Source: an uncultured Candidatus Binatia bacterium (GTDB lineage Bacteria > Desulfobacterota > Binatia > UBA9968 > JAJDTQ01). From it: a stretch of 64,000 nt of DNA. This document shows positions 22,377 to 30,894 of the stretch, one piece after another. The stretch covers positions 1,728,001 to 1,792,000 of the forward strand of contig OZ244070.1 of NCBI GenBank assembly GCA_965215605.1. Direction: 5' to 3'. The notes under the pieces were generated by a model. It ran no database searches. It was not told where the DNA came from and was given only the letters and a program-made list of their open reading frames with translations. Both the position numbers and the translations under genes were made by a program. Position 1 is the stretch's first letter. Each line of letters begins with the position of its first letter.

Positions 22377-22403
22377 GTCATTCCCGCGGAAGCGGGAATC
22401 CAG
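22377..22403. repeat. Family A REP-like repeat; a truncated copy lies at about 22308
   Basis: gtcattcccgcggaagcgggaatccag. Confidence 0.85.
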
Positions 22404-22420
22404 GGGTGGGGAGGCGGGGA

Positions 22421-23086
22421 TCAAGTTGGCGGCAACCGGAAAACGCCCGTCTCGGCATCCGCAGTCCACAACTCACCCGTATCGATGTCGAACCACCAGC
22501 CGTGCAGCGTGAGAGCGCCGCTTTCCACCCGATCCTGAATCCACGCATAGGACCGGAGGTTTGCCAATGACCTGAGCACCGATCGCTGCTCGGCCGCAGT
22601 CGCCGTTTCCGCGTCCGTGCGCTCGCCCTCGGAACCCTCCGCCAGCACCTCCCGGCAGGCTCCGCCCGCCAGCGCCACCCACGGCCCCAGGCACTCGAAC
22701 GGCGGCGGTGCCTGCCCTCGCGCCGCATCCATCGCCGCCTTGATCCCCCCGCAATGGGAATGCCCACACACCACCACGTGCGAGACCCCGAGCGCCTTGA
22801 CCCCGTACTCCACCGCCGCCATCACTGCGTACGCGGTCGCGTCGCCCGGATGTCGAGGGGACACGAGGTTGGCGACGACGCGAACCACGAAGATGTCTCC
22901 GGGGCGCGCACCAAAGATCAACGCCGGGTCCACGCGGGAGTCGCTGCAGGCAATGATCAGGACATCCGGTTCCTGGCCTTGCGACAGGCGCGCCATGAGG
23001 GAGCGATCGCCTTCGTACTCGGTCTCATGGAAACGGATGGCACCCTTGAGGAGCGCGGAATAGCTGTCGGTCTGATCGTTGGTCAC
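22421..23086 (-). CDS. Beta-class carbonic anhydrase
   Basis: GQEP, IACSDSRVDP, PGDIFVVR, CGHSHCGG, LHGWWFDIDTG. Confidence 0.95.
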   Translation of the reverse strand: MTNDQTDSYSALLKGAIRFHETEYEGDRSLMARLSQGQEPDVLIIACSDSRVDPALIFGARPGDIFVVRVVANLVSPRHPGDATAYAVMAAVEYGVKALGVSHVVVCGHSHCGGIKAAMDAARGQAPPPFECLGPWVALAGGACREVLAEGSEGERTDAETATAAEQRSVLRSLANLRSYAWIQDRVESGALTLHGWWFDIDTGELWTADAETGVFRLPPT

Positions 23087-23170
23087 GGCGTCATCCCCTA
23101 CCGATTGTCGGCCTCACGTATGCAATGGTATTCTCGAAAACGACCTATCAACTTGGCCACGGGTTAAGCC

Positions 23171-25045
23171 TTGCCGGATCGCAAGAATACACAGGACTCG
23201 ACAGGCCCACCAGCCTACCCAGATTCGGGTAGCGAGGGCAGCACGGTTCCACGGACGTCCTCGCCGTCTTCTGCCCAAGACCGCTCCGAATACGATACCG
23301 CGGAATACCCGGAATTCGAAGTTCACGACGTGGTGGCTGGCTACGATAGCGCCGCAACCGCTCTCGTGCCGGAGTACGAGCGGGTCTCGTTCGAAAACGT
23401 ACACGCCCTCGTACTCAAGTGGCTGCCACAGTCGCCCGCTTGGGTGCTCGACGTGGGTGCGGGTAGCGGGCGGGACGCCGCGTGGTTCGCACGAAATGGA
23501 CACCACGTCGTCGCGGTCGAACCGTCACGGGGACTACGTGCCGTTGGGAACGCCCACCACGGATCAGCATCGATCAAGTGGATGAATGATGAGCTCCCGG
23601 CGCTATCCAAGGTGGTACGCTCGAAGCTCACGTTTGACTTGGTCTGGTTGAGCGCGGTGTGGACGCACGTACCGCCGAACAGCCGCCGTCGGGCTTTTCG
23701 CAAGCTGGTCTCCCTGATGAGTCCTGGCGGCAGCATGATGTTGAGCCTGCGTCATGGACCTTCCCCTCGGGACCGTCCCATGCACTCCGCAAGACCTGGT
23801 GAGATCGAAAAGCTGGCCCAGGAACACGGCCTACAGATCGTTGGCATCCAGCACCAACAAGACGCAAGCAAACGGCCCGGTATCACGTGGGATGTCATCT
23901 GGCTCCGGCTCCCCGACGACGGCACCGGAGCGCTTCCGCTGCTCCGCCACATTGTGTTCAAGGACCAGAAGTCCTCCACCTACAAGCTCGCCTTGCTGAG
24001 AGTGCTGCTTCGTATCGCCGACGGCACGGGGGGGCTCGTTCGCCAGGAGGGCGAACACCACGTAGACCTTCCGCTTGGCCTCGTCGCGCTCTTCTGGGTA
24101 CGCGCATACCGGCAACTGGTGGCGGAAGGATTCCCCCAACACCCCAAGGGCAACAGCCACCTCAGTTTTGCGAAAGAGGCCTTCCGTGACCTGGGAACCC
24201 GATCGCCCTACGACCTCCGCATAGGACAGCAGTTCACCGGCGACGACGCCGAAAACCTGGTGGTGGCAATCCGTGATGCCGTGGACTGCATTCGGAAAAT
24301 GCCGGCCACGTACATTACCTATCCAAGAAGTGACAAACCCGTGTTCCCAACCGAGCGGAGGGGCCCGGTAAGACTCCGCGACAGCCTGCGGCTCGACGAG
24401 TCATTCCTCTATTCCTTCGGAACATTGTCCGTCCCCCTCAACCTGTGGCAGGCAATGTCCCGATATGCTCCGTGGATAGAACCCGCCATACTGAACGAGT
24501 GGATCCATCTCATGCGCGGTTATGAAGGGACGCGGACCGAGGAAGCGGCAACCCCTTGGGACAAGTATATCAGCGCCTTACGCTGGCTGGTGCCGGACCA
24601 TGACACGAGTTTCGTCCGGCAACTGGCGGATAACATGCGCAAGGGCGATTCCGGGCTGTTCTGCGTATGGACCGGGCGCCGGTTGGCTCATGCTTTCGAT
24701 ATAGACCACTGTTTCCCCTTCGCTGCATGGCCGTGCAACGATCTTTGGAACCTGCTTCCGAGCTATCCAGCCACAAACCGGCGCAAGGGTGATCAGCTTC
24801 CAACGCGACACGCCCTCGAAGAAGCCGAACCACGCATACTCGACTGGTGGGACAAGGCCTATTGGCAAGCTGCCGCCACAAACCGGCGGTTCATCGAGGA
24901 GTGCCGGAGCGCTCTCCCGCTGGCTGTGTCCGACGGTGTCAACGTTACACTCGAGTCAATATTCGAAGGCCTGACGTTCCAACAGATGGTGCTAAAACGA
25001 GATCAGCAGCTCTCGGAGTGGCAGCCAAATCCAGCGGGACGGTAA
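23171..25045 (+). CDS. Class I SAM-dependent methyltransferase fused to an HNH endonuclease domain (start uncertain)
   Basis: VLDVGAGSGRDAAWF, LSAVWTHV; central KSSTYKLALLR; C-terminal CVWTG...DIDHCFPFAAWPCNDLWNLLPS...TNRRKGD. Confidence 0.85.
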   Translation: MPDRKNTQDSTGPPAYPDSGSEGSTVPRTSSPSSAQDRSEYDTAEYPEFEVHDVVAGYDSAATALVPEYERVSFENVHALVLKWLPQSPAWVLDVGAGSGRDAAWFARNGHHVVAVEPSRGLRAVGNAHHGSASIKWMNDELPALSKVVRSKLTFDLVWLSAVWTHVPPNSRRRAFRKLVSLMSPGGSMMLSLRHGPSPRDRPMHSARPGEIEKLAQEHGLQIVGIQHQQDASKRPGITWDVIWLRLPDDGTGALPLLRHIVFKDQKSSTYKLALLRVLLRIADGTGGLVRQEGEHHVDLPLGLVALFWVRAYRQLVAEGFPQHPKGNSHLSFAKEAFRDLGTRSPYDLRIGQQFTGDDAENLVVAIRDAVDCIRKMPATYITYPRSDKPVFPTERRGPVRLRDSLRLDESFLYSFGTLSVPLNLWQAMSRYAPWIEPAILNEWIHLMRGYEGTRTEEAATPWDKYISALRWLVPDHDTSFVRQLADNMRKGDSGLFCVWTGRRLAHAFDIDHCFPFAAWPCNDLWNLLPSYPATNRRKGDQLPTRHALEEAEPRILDWWDKAYWQAAATNRRFIEECRSALPLAVSDGVNVTLESIFEGLTFQQMVLKRDQQLSEWQPNPAGR

Positions 25046-25088
25046 CTGCCAGTGCGAAAGAAATCGCGGAAGCCGCACGGCTCGTGAT

Positions 25089-25298
25089 TCAAACACGGGA
25101 GTGACCGTCAAGCGCGGCAAGCATTTTCTTCAGCCGATCCACCGTGAATCGCTCAAGGTCGGCATTGCGGACATTCGAGACATCCACAGCGGGATACCCC
25201 GTAATCTCGTCGGCCTCGCGTGTTGCCGCGTAGGGCATCTTCGGAGCAGAAGGAGAAGGTGGGTTCATCGTCCTCATATTAATACCGGACATTCTCAT
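25089..25298 (-). pseudogene. XRE/HTH antitoxin-like remnant
   Basis: ADEITGYPAVDVSNVRNADLERFTVDRLKKMLAALD resembles HigA-type HTH C-terminal halves; N-terminus unconvincing. Confidence 0.5.
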
Positions 25299-25364
25299 AT
25301 TTCAGGGAAAGGTGATCCATCACCTACCACGTGCCCCACGGATCGTATCGGTCTTGGTACCACA

Positions 25365-26540
25365 TCACACCCCCCTCAACACCTCCGCCATCTCCCTTAC
25401 CCCGATCACCTCCACCTCCCGCGACAACGGATAGCGCTCCGTCCCCGCGTACACCACGAACGCCTTCTCGGGCCGCACGTCTTCCAGCGCGTGATGGAAT
25501 CCGCGGGTGGGGCGCGGGGCAAGGCTGTGCTTGATCTCGATGGCCCAGGCGGCGGCGCGGCCGGGGAGCTCCAGGACCAGGTCGATCTCGGCGCCGGCGG
25601 CGGTGCGGTAGAAGCTGGCGAGGGTCCGCCAGGGTGCCGCGGCGAGGAGGTTCTCGATCACGAAACCCTCCCAACTCGCGCCCATTACCGGGTGACCGGT
25701 GAGGTTGAGCTCGTCCTGAATGCCGAGGAGCCCGTGCACGAGGCCGCTGTCCCTGACGTAGACCTTGGGCGACTTCACCAGCCGCTTGCGCGTGTTGGCG
25801 ACGAAGGGCGGCAAACGCCGGACCAGCAGGAGATCGGTCATTAGATCGACATACCGGGTCACCATGGGCGCGCTGATGGACAGGCTGGCGGCCAGCGCCG
25901 AGGCGTTCAGCAAGGACCCCTGGGCGTGAGCGAGCATCCGCCACAGCCTTTCCAGCGTGGCGGCGGGGACAGGGTGCGGCGAGAACTGGGGCATGTCCCG
26001 CTCCAGGTAGGTGGCGATGAAGTTCAGCCGGTATGCGAGGCTGTCAGCGTCGTTGCCGGCCAGGAAGCTCTCGGGGAAACCGCCGCGTACCCACAGTCTC
26101 CTGAGGGCCTCGTCGTCGGGCGCTGCTTCGAGAACGTCGAAGGGATGGAGCGCCACGTATTCGATGCGCCCCGCCAGGCTCTCGCTCGACTGCCGCAGCA
26201 GGTCCATGGATGCGGAGCCCAGGATCAGAAACCGGCCCGTGCGCCTGCCCGCCCGGCGGCCTTCGTCGATGAGGCCGCGCAACTCGCGAAACAACTCCGG
26301 GGCGCGATGGACCTCATCGATAATCACCAGACGGTCGGCGTACCGCTCAAGGAAGAGCCAGGGCTCGGCCAGCCTCTCCCGGTCCGTGCTTTTCTCAAGG
26401 TCGAGGTATACGTTATTGTCGACGTCGGCGATTTGCCGCGCCAGCGTGGTCTTGCCCACTTGACGCGGGCCGATGAGTGCCACCGCGGCCTGACGACCCA
26501 GAGCGACGCAGACGTATTTGGCTGCGCGACGCGTGATCAT
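25365..26540 (-). CDS. AAA+ ATPase with DUF4143 (PD-(D/E)xK-like) C-terminal domain
   Basis: GPRQVGKTT, IIDEVHR, SESLAGR, RGGFP, KSPKVYVRDSG, EIDLVLE...AIEIK. Confidence 0.9.
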   Translation of the reverse strand: MITRRAAKYVCVALGRQAAVALIGPRQVGKTTLARQIADVDNNVYLDLEKSTDRERLAEPWLFLERYADRLVIIDEVHRAPELFRELRGLIDEGRRAGRRTGRFLILGSASMDLLRQSSESLAGRIEYVALHPFDVLEAAPDDEALRRLWVRGGFPESFLAGNDADSLAYRLNFIATYLERDMPQFSPHPVPAATLERLWRMLAHAQGSLLNASALAASLSISAPMVTRYVDLMTDLLLVRRLPPFVANTRKRLVKSPKVYVRDSGLVHGLLGIQDELNLTGHPVMGASWEGFVIENLLAAAPWRTLASFYRTAAGAEIDLVLELPGRAAAWAIEIKHSLAPRPTRGFHHALEDVRPEKAFVVYAGTERYPLSREVEVIGVREMAEVLRGV

Positions 26541-26541
26541 T

Positions 26542-26576
26542 CTTGCAAATTAAAATGATTTGTTTGGATTTACAAG
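26542..26576 (-). promoter_or_regulatory. Palindromic operator / leaderless promoter of AAA-DUF4143 gene 2
   Basis: Minus strand CTTGTAAATCCAAA...TTTTAATTTGCAAG-A-ATG; TTGTAA-N17-TAATTT-N6-ATG. Confidence 0.6.
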
Positions 26577-26619
26577 GATATAAGCAAACATCTACTCTGC
26601 AGTTGATGGTGCCAATTGG

Positions 26620-27003
26620 ATGTCTCCCCCTTGGATAGAAGCTCTGCGGCGTATTGCCGCCACGTTCGCCTCGAAAGGCCGCAACGTTCGCGGGACCGTA
26701 GACGACGACACCCCACCGGACGAAGACACCGTCGTCCTCCCCATCGAGGACCACATCGACCTCCACCCGTTCGCGCCCAGGGACATTCCGAGCGTGGTGG
26801 AAGAGTACGTGTGGCAGTGCCACGAGGAGGGGCTCCGGGAGGTGCGCATCATTCACGGGCGCGGCAAGGGGGTGCAGCGCCGCATCGTGCAGTCGGCGCT
26901 GGATAAGAACCCGCTGGTGGAGTCGTGCCACGATGCGCCGCCGGAGAGGGGCGGATGGGGCGCCACGGTGGCGGTGATTCGCGAAAAGGAGCGCGGAGAG
27001 TAG
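26620..27003 (+). CDS. Smr/MutS2 C-terminal domain protein
   Basis: IDLHPF, VRIIHGRGKG, GGWGATVA. Confidence 0.9.
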   Translation: MSPPWIEALRRIAATFASKGRNVRGTVDDDTPPDEDTVVLPIEDHIDLHPFAPRDIPSVVEEYVWQCHEEGLREVRIIHGRGKGVQRRIVQSALDKNPLVESCHDAPPERGGWGATVAVIREKERGE

Positions 27004-27036
27004 ATGAACCGCGGGGCTCTTTCCGGCCGGAGCCCT

Positions 27037-28200
27037 TCACGCCACGATCGTGTCCGTCCAGAGTCGTTCGAGGAACCGTTTCCAGGGCAGTATCCAGATG
27101 CCCTCGCTGGTGCGACGGACGGCGTCTTCGTTGCACACGATTACGGCTTGGGCCGGATGATGTTCCTCCATGTAGGCACGCATGGCCCTGAGTTCTCCGG
27201 GCCGGACGCGGGAGCTTCCCTTGACCTCGATGGCCACCTCGCCCGCGGGGCCGAGTACAAAATCGCACTCCAGGCCCGACTTGGTGCGCCAGAAGCGCAC
27301 CGGGAAATCGTATTCGCGGTAGGAGCGATAGGCGAGCAGTTCCATCAGGACCAAGTGCTCCAGGGCACGCCCGAAGTCGGCGCCCTGCTCGCGTTCGAGC
27401 CGGCGTCCGGTCACATGGCCCGCCACGCCGACGTCGAAGAGATAGAATTTCGGGGCGCGCGTGATGACCGTGCGTGAGCGGCGCCGGCTGAACGGCTCGA
27501 CCAACACACCCAGCAGCGTATCCACGAGTATCTGAAAATACTCGCGCACCGTCTTGGAGTCGACGCCGCAGTCCCTGGCAACGTTGCTGTAGTTCAGAAG
27601 TTCTCCATGGCAGAACGACAGGGCTTCGAAAAACCTCGAGAAACCGGCCACGTTACGCGTCAGCCCTTCGTCGAACACCTCCTCCTTCAGATAGTCGTCC
27701 ACATAGCCCGCGAGCGCCCGCCGGTATCCCGCCGCGTCGTAGTGCTGCGGGACCAGCCCCCGGTTGAGCGCCCTCAGGAGATCGAATTCCGGCACTTCCG
27801 GCCAGGTGAGCGGATGAAGTTCGAAACGCCAGGCGCGGCCGCCCAGCAGATTGGCCCGGCCGCGTTTCAGCTTCCTGGCACTGGAACCGCACAAGACGAA
27901 GCTCAACCCTTCGTTCTCAATCAGTCGATGAACCTCGTCCAGAACCGCGGGCGCCTTCTGCACCTCGTCGACGATGATGGGGTCGGCCCGCGTCGCTCGA
28001 TCGAATGCCGCCACGCGCTCGGACAACGCCCAGGGCGCCCGCGTGAGTTCCAGCAGAAGCCGGGTATCGAGCAGGTCGAACCGGGCCGCGTTGGGGAAGG
28101 TCTCGCGAAGCAAGGTTGACTTGCCGGTCTTGCGCGGGCCCCACAAAAAGGCGGACTGACCCCGCGGCAGGTCAAGGCGGAGGGTGCGGCGGTAGTGCAT
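27037..28200 (-). CDS. AAA+ ATPase with DUF4143 C-terminal domain (third paralogue)
   Basis: GPRKTGKST, IVDEVQK, CGSSARKL, NLLGGRA, PKFYLFDVG, ECDFV...AIEVK. Confidence 0.9.
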   Translation of the reverse strand: MHYRRTLRLDLPRGQSAFLWGPRKTGKSTLLRETFPNAARFDLLDTRLLLELTRAPWALSERVAAFDRATRADPIIVDEVQKAPAVLDEVHRLIENEGLSFVLCGSSARKLKRGRANLLGGRAWRFELHPLTWPEVPEFDLLRALNRGLVPQHYDAAGYRRALAGYVDDYLKEEVFDEGLTRNVAGFSRFFEALSFCHGELLNYSNVARDCGVDSKTVREYFQILVDTLLGVLVEPFSRRRSRTVITRAPKFYLFDVGVAGHVTGRRLEREQGADFGRALEHLVLMELLAYRSYREYDFPVRFWRTKSGLECDFVLGPAGEVAIEVKGSSRVRPGELRAMRAYMEEHHPAQAVIVCNEDAVRRTSEGIWILPWKRFLERLWTDTIVA

Positions 28201-28202
28201 AT

Positions 28203-28252
28203 TTTCGGATCGCACTCCGAAATGGTCGGACTATTTCGGAATATACTCCGAA
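28203..28252. promoter_or_regulatory. Tandem palindromes TTCGGA-N6-TCCGAA next to the start codon of paralogue 3
   Basis: TTTCGGA-tcgcac-TCCGAAA (28203-28222) and TTCGGA-atatac-TCCGAA (28235-28252), 31 bp apart. Confidence 0.65.
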
Positions 28253-28306
28253 GTGGCACACTTTGACAAGGCGTTGGCGGAAGGCCGCGTGGGCGGGAAT
28301 GACGGT

Positions 28307-30739
28307 TTAGCCGCTCCCCTCCGCCTCCCTCACCAGCGCCCTGATCCGGTCCGGGCTCAGCGGCAGCTCCTTGATCTGTATCCCCAGCGAGGACAGCGCG
28401 TGGGACACCGCATTGGCGAGGGCGGCGCCGCAGGCGACGATGCCGCCTTCGCCGGCGCCCTTGACGCCCAGGGGGTTCAGGGGCGAGGGGGAGTACTCGG
28501 TGATGATGCTCTCCACGGGCGGGATCTCCGTGGCGGACGGAAGCGGGTAGTCGAGCAGGGTGGTGGTGAGTAGCTGGCCGTCCTGGTTGTAGACGAGCTC
28601 CTCCAGGAGCGTGCCGCCGATGCCCTGGGCGGCGGCGCCCAAGGCCTGGCCGTGCACCAGCAGCGGGTTGACGGCGCGGCCCACGTCCTCCAGCACGAGG
28701 TAGCGCAGAATGTCCACCATGCCGGTCTCGGGGTCCACGGTGACGTGGACCAGGTGGCCGCCGTAGGTGTAGGTGAGCAGGTTGTTGTGGAAGTACTCGG
28801 TGGCCTCGAGGCCCGGTACGTCGCCCGGGGCCTTGCCCGGCTTGGTCATCTCCAGCAGGTCTCCGAGGCCCAGCAGCGGGCGCCCTGCATCCGAGGAATC
28901 ACCCTCCGGATTCCCGCCCCCGATCGGGGCCGAGGGCATGCTTTCGCGGGAATGACGGGGGGCGCCGGAATGATCGGGCGTGCCGACCGGCGGCTCGCCG
29001 GCGCTTGCAGCGTAAATTCCTCCGTCGCGGAACTCCAACCCGGCGGGGTCGGTCTCCAGGCGTCGCGAGGCTACCTCCAGCAGGCGCTTCCTGAGGGCCT
29101 GGGCGGTGAGGTGCACGGCGTTGCCGGCCATGACGGTGCCGCGGCTGGAGTAGGTGCCGCCGCCCCAGGGCATGAGGTCGGTGCTGCCGTGGAACACGGT
29201 GATCCACTCCATGGGCACGCCCAAGGCGTCGGCGCAGATCTGCGACATGATGGTCTCGTGCCCCTGTCCCAGGGTGGCGATGCCCAGGTAGACGGCCACG
29301 CTCTCCGGGCCCGTGATGGCCACGCGGGCGCCCTCGGACGGACCCAAGCCGGTGTTCTTCACGAACCAGCCGATGCCGATGCCGTGGTAGCGTCCGTCCC
29401 GCTTCTGCCCCTGGAGCGGCTGCAGCTCGTTCCAGCCGAAGCGTTCCAGGGCGTGCTCCAACGCCCGCGGATAGTCGCCGCTGTCGAACACGGTGGAGGC
29501 GATGCCGGGCCGGGTGGGGCCGAGCTCGTACGGAATCTCCTCGGGCCGGATGAGGTTCTTGCGGCGCAGGTCGATGGGGTCCATGCCCAGGTCCCCGGCC
29601 ACCATGTCGAGCATGCGCTCGCGGAAGTAGCAGGACTCGTAGCGCCCGGGTGCGCGGTAGGTCCCCACCCCCATCTTGTTGGTCATGACGCAGTGTATGT
29701 GGGCCTCGTAGGCCGGGATCCGGTAGGGTCCGGGCAGCACGCCGGCGGTGGAGGCCGGCACCAGCCCGCCGTGGGTGCGGATGTGTGCGCCCATGTCGCC
29801 GTGGATCTGCGCGCGCATGCCCAGGAGCGTGCCGTCCCGGAGGGCGGCGATCTCCAACTCGCAGTGGACTTCCCGCGAGTGGTTGGCGGCCATCAGGTGC
29901 TCGCGCCTGTCCTCGATCCACTTGACCGGCCGCCCGAGCTTCATGGCGGCGTAGGGGACCAGGTAGTCCTCCGGGTAGAACTCGCCGCGGATGCCGAAGC
30001 CGCCGCCCACGTCGGGCTCCATGAAGTGGATTCGGTGCTCGGGCAGCTCCAGCAGCGACGACAGCACCGCGCGGTTGAAATGCGGCACCTTCGTCATCCC
30101 CCACACCGTCACCTCGTTCCGGCCGGCGTCCCAGGACGCCACCAGGCCGCGGGTCTCCATGGGGTTGCCGGTGTGGCGGTGCACCCGCAGCACCTCCTTG
30201 CGGGTGTACTCGGCGTCGCGGAACGCGCGGTCCACATCGCCCAGCTTGATATCATGGCCGCCGGCCACGTTGGTTCCCTGCTCCTCGTGGATGATCACGT
30301 CGCCGCGCAGCGCCGCCTCGACGTCCGGCACCGCCGCCAGCGGCTCATACTCCACCTGGATCAGGTCGGCGCCGTCCTCCGCCACGTATCGGTCCGCCGC
30401 CACCACCAGCGCCACCGGCTCGCCCACGTAGGCCACCTTGCCCCGGGCCAGCGGGTACTGCAGGAACCGGTCCAGACCATCCAACGGGTACATACGGAGC
30501 GGGATAGGCTTGACGCCCGCCGGCAAATCCGCAAAGGTGAGCACGCCGGCGACCCCGGTGAGCTTCAGGGCATCCGACACGTCCACCGACTCGATGCGCG
30601 CGTGCGCGTGGGGGCTCCTCAGAACGGCCGCGTACAACATCCCGGGCAGCTTCACGTCGTCGATGAACGTGGCCTTGCCGGTCAGGAAACGGATGTCTTC
30701 ACCGCGCCGGATGGGCGCCCCGATGTAAGTCTGCGTCAT
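28307..30739 (-). CDS. Xanthine dehydrogenase family molybdopterin-binding large subunit (CoxL-like)
   Basis: LRSPHAHA, PMETRG, DVGGGFG, TYRAPG, GQGHET, GTYSSRG, GVKGAGE. Confidence 0.92.
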   Translation of the reverse strand: MTQTYIGAPIRRGEDIRFLTGKATFIDDVKLPGMLYAAVLRSPHAHARIESVDVSDALKLTGVAGVLTFADLPAGVKPIPLRMYPLDGLDRFLQYPLARGKVAYVGEPVALVVAADRYVAEDGADLIQVEYEPLAAVPDVEAALRGDVIIHEEQGTNVAGGHDIKLGDVDRAFRDAEYTRKEVLRVHRHTGNPMETRGLVASWDAGRNEVTVWGMTKVPHFNRAVLSSLLELPEHRIHFMEPDVGGGFGIRGEFYPEDYLVPYAAMKLGRPVKWIEDRREHLMAANHSREVHCELEIAALRDGTLLGMRAQIHGDMGAHIRTHGGLVPASTAGVLPGPYRIPAYEAHIHCVMTNKMGVGTYRAPGRYESCYFRERMLDMVAGDLGMDPIDLRRKNLIRPEEIPYELGPTRPGIASTVFDSGDYPRALEHALERFGWNELQPLQGQKRDGRYHGIGIGWFVKNTGLGPSEGARVAITGPESVAVYLGIATLGQGHETIMSQICADALGVPMEWITVFHGSTDLMPWGGGTYSSRGTVMAGNAVHLTAQALRKRLLEVASRRLETDPAGLEFRDGGIYAASAGEPPVGTPDHSGAPRHSRESMPSAPIGGGNPEGDSSDAGRPLLGLGDLLEMTKPGKAPGDVPGLEATEYFHNNLLTYTYGGHLVHVTVDPETGMVDILRYLVLEDVGRAVNPLLVHGQALGAAAQGIGGTLLEELVYNQDGQLLTTTLLDYPLPSATEIPPVESIITEYSPSPLNPLGVKGAGEGGIVACGAALANAVSHALSSLGIQIKELPLSPDRIRALVREAEGSG
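28908..28975. repeat. Composite family A REP-like repeat inside the molybdoenzyme CDS
   Basis: ggattcccgc[ccccgatcggggccgagggcat]gctttcgcgggaatgac, translated RHSRESMPSAPIGGGNP. Confidence 0.85.
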
Positions 30740-30894
30740 GTCCTGCTCCCCGGGCGGCTTCTCACGCCTCCCAACGACTGGAACCTACACGTGCCTGGAT
30801 ACACCATGAGCGTGCCCCCTCACAAACACGATGACCGATCTCCGAACCCATCCTGCCGCCGACACCCTCGCCTCGTTGGGCGGACCACCACGCC

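Noticed and set aside
20259-28260. Calling the accessory stretch a single mobile element
   Set aside because: No integrase, transposase or flanking direct repeats, and ordinary genes (carbonic anhydrase, Smr) are interspersed; it looks like accumulated single-gene insertions.
28307-30739. Aerobic CO dehydrogenase (coxL)
   Set aside because: The active-site loop is TYRAPGR, not AYxCSFR (form I) or AYxGAGR (form II), and no coxM or coxS is adjacent.
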